Of a stretch of 64,000 nucleotides of DNA, positions 18,158 to 28,144 are shown one piece after another (the first letter of the stretch is position 1; the number at the start of each line of letters is the position of its first letter). Under the pieces are notes generated by a model that did no database searches, was not told the DNA's origin, and saw only the letters and a list, made by a program, of their open reading frames with translations. Position numbers and translations under genes: made by a program. The DNA is taken from assembly GCA_031549385.1 (NCBI GenBank), contig JAVBPW010000006.1:27935-91934 (forward strand). The letters run 5' to 3'. Source of the DNA: Alphaproteobacteria bacterium. Lineage in GTDB: Bacteria > Pseudomonadota > Alphaproteobacteria > Rs-D84 > SZUA-605.

Positions 18158-19492
18158 TCATTGTCCGAGTGAATTCATGTACTCGGCAATTTTGCGTTTG
18201 TCTTCCGGAGATATTTCGATACTTGTTTGCAAAGTATCGGTTATTTCCTTTAATGTTAACACTGAATGAAGTCTCACTCCTTCTTTTTCAAGAAGTTCAT
18301 CGGCACCTTGCTTGCGGTTGACCAAAACAACTACATCACATACATCGAGACCTAAATCGCGAAGTTTGTTGATCGTTGTCATGGTGCTGCCACCTGTGGT
18401 TGCTACATCTTCGAAAACAATAACCCTTTCTTTATCTTCGGGGTTGAAAGTTTCAACAGTTTGAGAACCTGTTACCCCGTGGTCTTTTGCTTCTTGACGT
18501 AATGTCAACAAAGGTTTTCCGGTTGATTGTGCAAGTCTTGCTGCAAAGCTTAACCCACCCATGGGAACACCGCACACGCGATCAAATCCACAAGTTTGTG
18601 CTACTTTGGTAATGTGGTAAATCGCATTGCCAAACAGCGTCGGGAATGACGGCATGTTACGAACATCAATGTAAATCGGCGAAAATGCTCCGGATTTCAG
18701 TTTGAAATTACCTACTTTGACTATTTCATGTTTGAATAATTCTTGTATGAATTTTTCTTTGATAGTCGGTACTTTCACCGGATTTGTCGATGTCTGTTTG
18801 ATTTCGTCCAAAATTTTCATCGCTGCTTCGGATGGAGCATAGTGACTGTGCGCGGTGATTGAGCGACCTATTACCATTGCTGAAGAACCCATGAGGATTG
18901 CTTCTGACGGTGTGGTTATTCGCTTTTGATCGCCAGGACTGTCCCAAACAGGTCGAATTCCCGGAGTAATCAATAACGCATCAGGTCCCATAATTTCACG
19001 GACGCCGGCAACTTCTTTCGGTGAACAAACTAACCCATCCATGTGACAATCCTTTGCCAACTGCGCCAAATGGTAAACCATTTGTTCGGGCGGGTAGATA
19101 AAACCGATTTCGGTCATATCCCCTTCACCGAGGCTGGTCAGTATTGATACTGCAATAATCTTAACATCCGGATTTACTGCTTTTCCTGCTTTGACAGCGG
19201 CTTTCATCATTTCCTGCCCGCCGGTTGCATGAACATTTATAATGTCTGCTCCTGCTTTGGCGGCGGCGGTTACCGCACCGGCTACTGTATTGGGAATATC
19301 GCTTTCTTTCACATCAACAAAGAGTTTGCAATCTTTTTTCCGTAACGCTCGGACCACTTGTGGTAATCCTTCGGAATTCAGAATTTCTTTGCCTACTTTG
19401 TAAATGCCAACACATTCAGATGTTTGTTCAACGAGTTCTACTGCTCGTCCTAAACTAGGCACGTCAAGTGCCACAATGATTTTGTTCTTCAT
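18158..19492 (-). CDS. pyrF: Fused OMP decarboxylase (N-terminal) and orotate phosphoribosyltransferase (C-terminal); cassette gene
   Basis: ALD, DVKESDIPNT, TPGIR, DQKR, GRSI; then FKLKSG..SPIYID and EDVATTGGS. Confidence 0.93.
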   Translation of the reverse strand: MKNKIIVALDVPSLGRAVELVEQTSECVGIYKVGKEILNSEGLPQVVRALRKKDCKLFVDVKESDIPNTVAGAVTAAAKAGADIINVHATGGQEMMKAAVKAGKAVNPDVKIIAVSILTSLGEGDMTEIGFIYPPEQMVYHLAQLAKDCHMDGLVCSPKEVAGVREIMGPDALLITPGIRPVWDSPGDQKRITTPSEAILMGSSAMVIGRSITAHSHYAPSEAAMKILDEIKQTSTNPVKVPTIKEKFIQELFKHEIVKVGNFKLKSGAFSPIYIDVRNMPSFPTLFGNAIYHITKVAQTCGFDRVCGVPMGGLSFAARLAQSTGKPLLTLRQEAKDHGVTGSQTVETFNPEDKERVIVFEDVATTGGSTMTTINKLRDLGLDVCDVVVLVNRKQGADELLEKEGVRLHSVLTLKEITDTLQTSIEISPEDKRKIAEYMNSLGQ

Positions 19493-19566
19493 TTTAATTT
19501 GATTTATTTAAGTTTGGATTTTTATTAAATTACGTTGATAGTATTTAATATTAAGTTAAAAGTCAA
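19493..19566 (-). promoter_or_regulatory. Cassette promoter and AAACTTAA leader
   Basis: TTGACT-17bp-TACTAT; AAACTTAAA at 19515-19507; no SD. Confidence 0.78.
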
Positions 19567-19581
19567 TGTTTAAAATTTAGG

Positions 19582-21378
19582 CTATTTTCTTACTGGAATA
19601 ACTTTTTTAACTGGAGTTGTCTTTACTGGTTGTGGCTTTTTCTTTTTTGCTGGAGTTACTATTGCCTTTTTTGCTGTTGTTTTTACTGGAATTTTTACAT
19701 TTGTTGCTGATTTTCCTGTTATAGCTTTTTTGTCAGCTGTTGTTGGAGTTTCTATTTTTGTTTCTTCAATTGAAGATTTTACTGCAGTTTTATTGCAACT
19801 TGTATCACAACGAGTGTTTTCATTTTGAGAGTATGATTTTGCATCTATCCATGACCCATCAACCATATGACATAAAATATATCCTGATTTACATCCTTTT
19901 GGAGTTTTATATAATGTATCACCTTTTTCTATGTAATCCCAACTTGTTACTACTGATTGATTACTTGAATTGTATTTTACTACTTCAGTATAGCACTTTG
20001 TTGAATCACTTTTTGTTGGATGTAATTTTTTAAGACCTTTGCACTTACATATTCCACCTGTTAAAACTTTATCTGAATCACATTTTTTCTTTTCACATTT
20101 TGCATTTACTCCAACACCTATTAAGTCGTAGTCAGCATCGCATTTTGTCGGGTAACATGTTACCCCATCTGAGGTGTAGTTTTTTGGACAACCTTCACAT
20201 TTTGCATTTATCCCAACGCCTACTAATTTTTGACCTGCTTCACATTTTGTTGGATAGCATTTTACTCCGTCTGAAGTATAATTCGTTGGACATAAATCAC
20301 ATAACGCACTTAATGTGTTTGGATTTTTAAATTCTGAACCAATCTTACATGCTGTTGGTATTCTTTTAAAACAACTTCCGTCTAGCATATCCATTGCTGA
20401 TGTTGCATTGTCTGGAGTTGATGATGATGAATGACCTGAACAATAAATCTTGCTACAAGAAGCTGATTTTGCATTTGATGTAAATCCTGTATCACATGCT
20501 GTACAAACTGTTGATGAGCCTCCAGCTGAATATGTGTTAGCTGGGCAATCTTCACATATTATTCCATTTAACTTTTGACCTGCTGAACAGGTTGGAGTAA
20601 AACAAGTTAATCCGTCTGATGTTTGACCGCTTGGACATGGGTCACAATAGTAACCTGAAACTGATGAATTTAAACTGTATGTCCATTGTCTTTTGTAGTA
20701 ACCTGTTTGACATGATGTTGGATTTCTTACATAACATGTCGTGTTTTGATAAACATCTGTTATACCTTGTGCATATGATAATGTTGGGGCAGTTGTTGTT
20801 AACCCATTTTCTGTGCAATATTGTCTTACACAACCTGTTTCATCTGATGGATTTACTACATAGCCATCTCCACAATATTTACATTGAGCTGATATTGTCC
20901 CTTTGTTTGATATATAGTAATTTGATTTACATGAGGCTGGATAACAAGTAGTTCCATTTGATGTATATGTTAATATACCTGATGAATCTGATACATGAGC
21001 ACTTGAACATGTTGTGCAATAACTACCTGATAATGTTTGACCTATTGGACATGTTTTTGGTGAACATGTTTGATATATTGTTCCTGTATTTGTTAGTTCA
21101 TAACCATAAGAACAACTTGTTGGAATTATACTTATGCACCCTGTCCAATCATCTGTTTCTGTATAGCCTGTTGAATATGGTGGAATGTAACCTGGATAAA
21201 CATGATCGCAATATTCTACTCTGTATTGACAAGTATACGGATAATACATGTCACATTTCCTGCACTGATTTGTTCCTATCCAATCCCAGTCGTAAGGACA
21301 ACCAGATGCTTGAAGTTTAGACGCAAGTAGCAACAATGATATAAATATTAATAAATACTTTTTCATTGTTGCCACCAT
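19582..21378 (-). CDS. Secreted Cys-rich repeat protein, copy 4 (start may be MKKYL)
   Basis: Signal peptide; CxxC repeats; SNQSVVTSWDYIEKGD domain; ends IPVRK. Confidence 0.88.
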   Translation of the reverse strand: MVATMKKYLLIFISLLLLASKLQASGCPYDWDWIGTNQCRKCDMYYPYTCQYRVEYCDHVYPGYIPPYSTGYTETDDWTGCISIIPTSCSYGYELTNTGTIYQTCSPKTCPIGQTLSGSYCTTCSSAHVSDSSGILTYTSNGTTCYPASCKSNYYISNKGTISAQCKYCGDGYVVNPSDETGCVRQYCTENGLTTTAPTLSYAQGITDVYQNTTCYVRNPTSCQTGYYKRQWTYSLNSSVSGYYCDPCPSGQTSDGLTCFTPTCSAGQKLNGIICEDCPANTYSAGGSSTVCTACDTGFTSNAKSASCSKIYCSGHSSSSTPDNATSAMDMLDGSCFKRIPTACKIGSEFKNPNTLSALCDLCPTNYTSDGVKCYPTKCEAGQKLVGVGINAKCEGCPKNYTSDGVTCYPTKCDADYDLIGVGVNAKCEKKKCDSDKVLTGGICKCKGLKKLHPTKSDSTKCYTEVVKYNSSNQSVVTSWDYIEKGDTLYKTPKGCKSGYILCHMVDGSWIDAKSYSQNENTRCDTSCNKTAVKSSIEETKIETPTTADKKAITGKSATNVKIPVKTTAKKAIVTPAKKKKPQPVKTTPVKKVIPVRK

Positions 21379-21386
21379 ACCTCATT

Positions 21387-23411
21387 TTATTTTCTTACCG
21401 GTGTTTTTGTAACTGGTGTCTTTGTTACCGGAGAAGTTTTTGTTGCTGTTGCTGGAGCTTTTGTTGCTGTCGCAGCTTTTGTTGGTGTTGCATTTTTACC
21501 AGACAAACCTGTTGTCTTTGAAACAGTTGTTGATACTGCTGGTGTTGCTGCTGTAGTTGAAGATACTGCAGCTGTTTTATTACATGTTGTATCACATTTA
21601 CTGTTTTCATTTGTTTGGTATAATGTAGCTTCTTTCCAATCTCCACTTACTTGTTGGCAAAGAATGTAACCTGTTTTACATGATTTTGGTACTTTGTATA
21701 AAATATCTCCTGCTTCTATATAATCCCAATTTGTTACTACAGATTGATTGCTTGAATTATATGGAACTTTTTCTGTAAAACATTTATCTTGGTCTTTGCT
21801 GTTAGGATTTGCTTTCTTTCCACCTGAACATACACATTTTCCACCTGATAATACTTGACCTGCTCCGCAACCTTTTTTAACACATTTTGCATTTACTGTG
21901 CCTGCGTCTACTAAGTCATAGTCTTTATTTTCACATGATGTTGGGTAACATGTCTTTCCATCTGATGTATTGTTTGTTGGACATGCTGCACATGTTGTTG
22001 CTGTACCTGTACCTGTTAGCTTTTGACCTACTGCACATTTTGTAGGGTAACATGTCTTTCCATCTGATGTGTTATCTGCTGGACATGCTGCACATGTTGT
22101 TGATACACCTGTGCCTGTTAGTTTTTGACCTGCTGCACAAATTGTAGGGTAACATGTCTTTCCATCTGATGTATTGTTTGTTGGACATGATTCACATTTT
22201 GATAATGTGCCTGTGCCTGTTAGTTTTTGACCTACATTACATATTGTTGGATAACATGTTCTTCCATCTGATGTATGATTTGCTGGACATGCACTGCATG
22301 TTGTTCCTGATAATTGTTGACCAATTGCACATGAATTTAATTCACAATTTGCTGTTGCAGTTCCTGCATTCTTTAATGTGTAATTTGTTGTACATGATGT
22401 TGGTACTCTTTTGAAACATGAGCCATTTAATATATCAGTTGAAGCTGATGAGTTTGCTGGAACAGTTGATGCACTTTCACCTGAACAATATGCTTTTGTT
22501 TCACATGATGATGAGCCTGATGTTGAACTGTATCCTGCTGAACATGATGTACATGTTGTGGAGCCTTCTGCTGAATATGAATTTTCTGGACATGCTACAC
22601 ATGCTGTACCTGATACACCTTGACCCCCTGGGCAACTTGTTGGTACTGGTACATAACATGATGATGCACCTGCTGCTGATACTTGGCCGGCTGGACATGC
22701 TGTACATGATGTTGAACCGTCTGCTGAATATGAATTAGCTGGACACGCTGTACATGATGTTCCTGATACACCTTGACCGGCTGGACAGCTTGTTGGTGCT
22801 GCTGTATAACATGATGATGCGCCTGCTCCTGATGTTTGACCTTCTGGACATGCTGTACATGAAGCTGATCCGGCTGCTGAATAATATCCCGCTATACACG
22901 GAGCACATGATGAAGCTACACTTCCTGAATATGTTCCTGCTGGACAACTTGTACATGATGATGAGCCTGATGAGGATGCATATGTTCCTGCTCTACAAGC
23001 AGTACATGAGCTTGACCCAGCTGTTGAATAATATCCTGCTGAACATGATGTACATGATGATGAGCCTGATGATGATGTATATTTTCCTGCTGGACATGTT
23101 GTACAACTTTTATTTGCTGTTCCTGATGCATAAGATCCTGTTGGACATTTTACACAAGCATCTGGGGTTCCACTGTTTGGAGCATATGTTCCAGTTGGAC
23201 AAGCTGTACAAGAACTTGCTCCAGATCCTGAATAATATCCTGGCGTACATTGTGTACATGATTTTGAATTTCCTCCAGCCCAAGTTCCTGCTGAACATGA
23301 AATACATCTTGTTCCTGTTTTATATTTTCCGGATGCACAACCTCCGATTAAAGCACCATATGATTGAGTGCTTATTAAAAGTGCTATTACTGCTATTAAA
23401 TATTTTTTCAT
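21387..23411 (-). CDS. Secreted Cys-rich repeat protein, copy 3
   Basis: Signal peptide; many CTACPAGxYS (GCC2/GCC3, ephrin-receptor-like) repeats; ends TPVRK. Confidence 0.9.
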   Translation of the reverse strand: MKKYLIAVIALLISTQSYGALIGGCASGKYKTGTRCISCSAGTWAGGNSKSCTQCTPGYYSGSGASSCTACPTGTYAPNSGTPDACVKCPTGSYASGTANKSCTTCPAGKYTSSSGSSSCTSCSAGYYSTAGSSSCTACRAGTYASSSGSSSCTSCPAGTYSGSVASSCAPCIAGYYSAAGSASCTACPEGQTSGAGASSCYTAAPTSCPAGQGVSGTSCTACPANSYSADGSTSCTACPAGQVSAAGASSCYVPVPTSCPGGQGVSGTACVACPENSYSAEGSTTCTSCSAGYSSTSGSSSCETKAYCSGESASTVPANSSASTDILNGSCFKRVPTSCTTNYTLKNAGTATANCELNSCAIGQQLSGTTCSACPANHTSDGRTCYPTICNVGQKLTGTGTLSKCESCPTNNTSDGKTCYPTICAAGQKLTGTGVSTTCAACPADNTSDGKTCYPTKCAVGQKLTGTGTATTCAACPTNNTSDGKTCYPTSCENKDYDLVDAGTVNAKCVKKGCGAGQVLSGGKCVCSGGKKANPNSKDQDKCFTEKVPYNSSNQSVVTNWDYIEAGDILYKVPKSCKTGYILCQQVSGDWKEATLYQTNENSKCDTTCNKTAAVSSTTAATPAVSTTVSKTTGLSGKNATPTKAATATKAPATATKTSPVTKTPVTKTPVRK
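21946..22300 (-). repeat. Coding tandem repeat with 102-bp (34-aa) period
   Basis: TAACATGT.TT.CCATCTGATGT recurs at 21946, 22048, 22150 and 22252. Confidence 0.85.
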
Positions 23412-23428
23412 GATCTCTATTCCTTTTT

Positions 23429-25189
23429 TTATCTTCTGTTTGGTATTGCTTTTACAGGAGCTTTAGCTGGAGATGTTGTTGTTCCACCTCTTGTTGGAGC
23501 TGCTACTTTAGCTGATGAACTTGCTGCTGGAGCATTCTTTCCTGATAATCCTCTTGATACACCCATTGTTGCTGCTGAACTTGTAGCTGGAGCTGATATT
23601 GTAGCTGTTGCTGTTGTCTTGTTACATGATGTATCACATTTACTATGTTCATTTGGAGTATAAATCTTAGCTTCTTTCCATTCACCACCTGATTGTTGGC
23701 AAAGGATATTTCCTGTTTTACATGATTTTGGTACTTTGTATAAAATATCACCTGCTTCAATATAATCCCAAGATGTTACAATTGATTGGTTACTTGCATT
23801 ATATGGAATTTTTTCTGTGAAACATTGATCTTGGTCTTTACTGTTTGGATTTGTTTTCTTTCCACTTGCACATACACATTTTCCACCTGATAATACTTGA
23901 CCTGATGGACATCCTTTCTTTTCACACTTTGCATTTACTGTACCTGCGTTAACTAATTCATAATCATTATTTTCACATTTTGATATATAACATGTTTTTC
24001 CATCTGATGTGTAGTTTGCTGGACATGCTTCACACTTTGCAGCTGTGCCTGTGCCTGTTAGTTTTTGACCCGCTGGACATGTTTTTGGATAACATTTTTT
24101 ACCATCTGATGTTTGACCATCTGGACATGTTACACATTTTGTTGTTGTGCCTGAACCTGTTAGATATTGTCCTACTTGACATGTTGTTGGATAACATGAT
24201 GTTAATGATGTTGCACCTTTGGCTGATGTTGTTCCTGTTGGACATACTGTACATTGTGCAACTCCACCAGCTGAATATGTTCCTTCAGTACATGCTGGAC
24301 ATGTTGTACCACTTTGATCAGGAGCTGTTCCTGGTCCACATTTTTGACATACATTTCCTACTGTAATTTCACCTGCTTGGCATGTTACTTTATCTTGTTT
24401 GCAGTATGCTTCTTTTGTTCCACCATTTTGTAATGTAAAACCTGTTTTACATCCTGTTGGAATTGTTAAATAACAATCTGTTACTAAAATTTCTGATGAA
24501 GCTGATGCATTCACCGGCATTGCTGTAGAATTTCCTACACAATATGATTTAACACAAGTGGTGCCTTGTGCTGTTTGACCTGCTGGGCATTCAAATTTTT
24601 TACAAGTAGCATTTACTGTTGCTGAATTTTCAAGAGTATAACCATAATTACATGTTGTTGGTATTCTTCTGAAACATCTGTAATTACTGTCTAAAATTTC
24701 TGTTGCTGCACTTGAGTTTGTTGGAATTGAACCAGCAGTATGACCATCACAAAATACTTTTACATTACATACTGATGAATTACCTGATAATGTTGCTGTA
24801 TAACCTGGATAGTAAAATGAACATGATGAACAAGATGTTGAACCTTCATCAGAAAATGAACCTACTGAACATGTTGTACATGGCTCTTCACCATTTGTTC
24901 CATATGTTCCTGCTTTACATTTTGTTGCTGCTGCTACTCTTGATGCTGTTGACGATGCTGCTGCTCTTGTGCTTGATCTTGTTGTTGTTTCATCATCGTC
25001 TATTAAAGTTGGAGCGGATGATGAATATGATGAACCACTTGTTCTTGAAGAAGAAATTGTTGAAGAACTTGTCCTTACTCTAACACCGGAGTCTTCTGCA
25101 CCTAATGCTTCAACTTGTGGCTGAGCTAATAATGCAAATGAGTTAGTTGTTAAAAGTAGTGTTGTTATTCCTATTATTATTTTCTTCAT
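23429..25189 (-). CDS. Secreted Cys-rich repeat protein, copy 2
   Basis: Signal peptide; Ser/Thr-rich N-terminus; CxxC repeats; ends IPNRR. Confidence 0.9.
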   Translation of the reverse strand: MKKIIIGITTLLLTTNSFALLAQPQVEALGAEDSGVRVRTSSSTISSSRTSGSSYSSSAPTLIDDDETTTRSSTRAAASSTASRVAAATKCKAGTYGTNGEEPCTTCSVGSFSDEGSTSCSSCSFYYPGYTATLSGNSSVCNVKVFCDGHTAGSIPTNSSAATEILDSNYRCFRRIPTTCNYGYTLENSATVNATCKKFECPAGQTAQGTTCVKSYCVGNSTAMPVNASASSEILVTDCYLTIPTGCKTGFTLQNGGTKEAYCKQDKVTCQAGEITVGNVCQKCGPGTAPDQSGTTCPACTEGTYSAGGVAQCTVCPTGTTSAKGATSLTSCYPTTCQVGQYLTGSGTTTKCVTCPDGQTSDGKKCYPKTCPAGQKLTGTGTAAKCEACPANYTSDGKTCYISKCENNDYELVNAGTVNAKCEKKGCPSGQVLSGGKCVCASGKKTNPNSKDQDQCFTEKIPYNASNQSIVTSWDYIEAGDILYKVPKSCKTGNILCQQSGGEWKEAKIYTPNEHSKCDTSCNKTTATATISAPATSSAATMGVSRGLSGKNAPAASSSAKVAAPTRGGTTTSPAKAPVKAIPNRR

Positions 25190-25214
25190 TTTTTTATCCT
25201 CTTTGATTTAATCC

Positions 25215-27074
25215 TTATTTTCTATTTGGTATAGATTTTGTTGGTGTAGTTGTAGTTTTAACTGGTGTTACAGTCCCACCTCTTGTTGATGTTACTGGTT
25301 TTGCTGTTGCTGCTGCACCAGGTGATACTTTACCTGACATTCCTTTTGATGTGCTCATGCCTGTTGATTGTACTGTAGATGGAGCTGAAATTGTAGCTGT
25401 AGCAGTAGTTTTATTACATGATGAATCACATTTACTGTGTTCGTTTGGTGAATATAAAGTAACTGCTTGCCATTCTCCATTTATCTGTTGGCATAAAACA
25501 TTGTTTTGTTGACATGATTTTGGAACTTTATATAAAACATCACCTGCTTCAATATAATCCCAATCTTTTACAACTTTTGTATTACTTGCATTGTATGGTA
25601 TTTTTTCTGTAAAACATTTATCATCTTTGCTGTTTGGATTAGATTTTTTTCCACCTGAACACACACATTTTCCACCTGATAATACTTGACCTGCTCCACA
25701 TGTTTTCTTTTCACATTTTGCATTTATTGTTCCTGCATTAACTAATTCATAATCTTTATTATCACATTTTGTTGGATAACATGTTACTCCGTCTGATGAT
25801 TCATCTTTCTTACATGCTTCACATTTTGACGCAGTATCTTTACCTGTTAATTTTTGTCCTACATTACATTTTGTTGGATAACATGTTTTTCCATCTGATG
25901 TTTGATTAGCAGCACATTTTTCACATTTTGTATTTGAACCTGCACCTGTTAACTTTTCACCAACTGAACAATTTTTTGCATAACACGTTTTTCCATCTGA
26001 TGTTTGACCATCTGGACATGTTTCACATTTTGCTGATATACCTGTTCCTGTTAATTTTTGACCTACTGCACATTTTGTTGGATAACATGTTGTACCATCC
26101 GATGAATATCCATCTGGGCAATTTTCACATTTTGTTCCTACTAATTTTTGACCTTGGCCACATGTAGGTTTTATACATCCTGTTTTTGTACCATCTGAAA
26201 TATATCCTGCTGGACAAGCTTCACATTTTGCAGCTCTTGGTGTTGAGTAAGAACCATCTGGACATTCTGAACATACTGAAACTGTTCCACCTGCAGAATA
26301 TGTTCCACCTTGACATTCTTGACATGACCCATTTACTAAAATTCTTCCTGCTTCACAACTTGTTGCTGCTGTAGATACACATTCTGTATATTGACCTGTT
26401 CCTTGTATTTTGTAACCTTGCACACATGCTGTTGGGATTTTTGCAAAACATCTTCCTGCTAATATTTCTGTCATAGATGTAGCGTTTTGTGGAATTGAAT
26501 ATTCTGAACTTCCTTGGCAATACAATTTTATATTACATGATGAAGCATTACCACCGCCTGATGATGTAAATCCTGGGTATGATGTTTGACAGTCTACACA
26601 GACACTTGCTCCATCTTCTGAAAATGACCCTGATGGACATGGAGAACATGGAGTTCTTCCACCATCACCATATGTTCCTGCTGAACATTTTGCTAAATTT
26701 ACTGAATTTGACATTGTAGAAACAGCTGCAAAAACTTTAGCATTTAATATGCTTAATGAACAAGATGAAGCACCAACACTTGATATTTTACCTGATGGAC
26801 AATCTATACATTTTGTTCCCTTTTCTGCTGGTTGATATGTTCCTTCTGGACATACTTGACATCCACCCTTGTCAGGTGCTGGAATTTTTCCTGGTCCACA
26901 AGGTTTACAATCATTTGGACTTTTTGATCCTCTCTCAGAATAAGTTCCAATTGGGCAAGGATCACAAAAAGCGTTAAATAGACCATCTGAATATTGACCT
27001 GCTGGACATATTTTGGCTTGTGCAAATCCTGTTGATAAAATTGATAATAATGCTACTAAGAATAATTTTTTCAT
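25215..27074 (-). CDS. Secreted Cys-rich repeat protein, copy 1
   Basis: Signal peptide AQA; CxxC repeats; ends IPNRK. Confidence 0.9.
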   Translation of the reverse strand: MKKLFLVALLSILSTGFAQAKICPAGQYSDGLFNAFCDPCPIGTYSERGSKSPNDCKPCGPGKIPAPDKGGCQVCPEGTYQPAEKGTKCIDCPSGKISSVGASSCSLSILNAKVFAAVSTMSNSVNLAKCSAGTYGDGGRTPCSPCPSGSFSEDGASVCVDCQTSYPGFTSSGGGNASSCNIKLYCQGSSEYSIPQNATSMTEILAGRCFAKIPTACVQGYKIQGTGQYTECVSTAATSCEAGRILVNGSCQECQGGTYSAGGTVSVCSECPDGSYSTPRAAKCEACPAGYISDGTKTGCIKPTCGQGQKLVGTKCENCPDGYSSDGTTCYPTKCAVGQKLTGTGISAKCETCPDGQTSDGKTCYAKNCSVGEKLTGAGSNTKCEKCAANQTSDGKTCYPTKCNVGQKLTGKDTASKCEACKKDESSDGVTCYPTKCDNKDYELVNAGTINAKCEKKTCGAGQVLSGGKCVCSGGKKSNPNSKDDKCFTEKIPYNASNTKVVKDWDYIEAGDVLYKVPKSCQQNNVLCQQINGEWQAVTLYSPNEHSKCDSSCNKTTATATISAPSTVQSTGMSTSKGMSGKVSPGAAATAKPVTSTRGGTVTPVKTTTTPTKSIPNRK

Positions 27075-27077
27075 GTT

Positions 27078-28004
27078 TTATGCCTTTTTGTAATTATTTA
27101 TGTTTTCGTATGTACCTATATTTTGAGATGGGATATCTGGAGCTATTCTTTTTAAGAGTCCACATAATACTTCTCCACATCCAATTTCGTATGCTTGTTT
27201 TACACCTGATTTCGCAAGTGTCATTCCATTTTCACGGAAACGAACTGATGCTGTTATTTGCTTTAATAATAATGATTTGATTTTTTCACCATCTGTTTCA
27301 AATTCATTTGTATTGTTTGATATGAATTTGTAAATTGGTTTTGCAAATTTTATGTCTTTCATGAATTCTGTTAATTCTTCTTGTGCAGGTTTCATTAATG
27401 ATGAATGCACTGCTACTGATACTGGTAACATTAGTGCTCTTTTTGCACCCATAGATTTTGCTATACCTTCTGCGGCTTCTAAATTTTTTTTGTTTCCACT
27501 TATTACAACTTGACCATCACAATTATCATTTGCTAGTTCACATACACCACCTATTTTTGATGCTTCTTTGCAAACTTCTTTTACTTGATCAACTGTTAAT
27601 CCGAGAATCGCCATAACACCACCATCTTTGGCAGATGTTGACATATATAATCCTCTTTTTTGTAATATGCGCGCTGTGTCTTTTAAGCTGATAGATTTTG
27701 CTGCACATAATGCAGAAAATTCTCCGAGAGAATGACCAACTACATAATCAGTTAGTGGCTCACCAAATTTTTCTTCGAGGACTGCTATTGTTGCAACAGA
27801 ATGCGCCATGAGAGCGGGTTGCACGTTTTGTGTTAATGTTAATTCAGCTATATCACCTTCGAACATTAACTTTGATAATTTGAAATTTAGTGAATCATCT
27901 ACTGTGTCAAAAACTTCTTTTGCAGATTTAAAATTTTCATATAAATCTTTTCCCATACCGATCTTTTGAGATCCTTGTCCAGGGAACATAAATAATGTTG
28001 TCAT
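27078..28004 (-). CDS. fabD: Malonyl-CoA:ACP transacylase
   Basis: FPGQGSQ, GHSLGE, LPVS..HS.LM motifs. Confidence 0.96.
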   Translation of the reverse strand: MTTLFMFPGQGSQKIGMGKDLYENFKSAKEVFDTVDDSLNFKLSKLMFEGDIAELTLTQNVQPALMAHSVATIAVLEEKFGEPLTDYVVGHSLGEFSALCAAKSISLKDTARILQKRGLYMSTSAKDGGVMAILGLTVDQVKEVCKEASKIGGVCELANDNCDGQVVISGNKKNLEAAEGIAKSMGAKRALMLPVSVAVHSSLMKPAQEELTEFMKDIKFAKPIYKFISNNTNEFETDGEKIKSLLLKQITASVRFRENGMTLAKSGVKQAYEIGCGEVLCGLLKRIAPDIPSQNIGTYENINNYKKA

Positions 28005-28144
28005 AAATTCTCCTCTGAGTTTTTTATAGCATACAGGGCATTTTTTTGCAAGAATAAATTTGAATCTTATCCCATATGGTTTTTTTCTTATTTTAATTTT
28101 TGTTTTTATGTACTATATTAAATGTAAATTCAAAGGAGGCAAAA

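Noticed and set aside
19582-27074. CRISPR array or DGR template/variable repeats
   Set aside because: The repeats are in-frame coding units (102 bp and similar) without unique spacers; no cas or reverse transcriptase gene, and no adenine-specific variation was seen.
19740-27280. Numerous Met/Leu/His-rich or Gln-rich alternative-frame ORFs
   Set aside because: Shadow frames created by the TGT/ACA/TCA codon bias of the Cys-rich genes.
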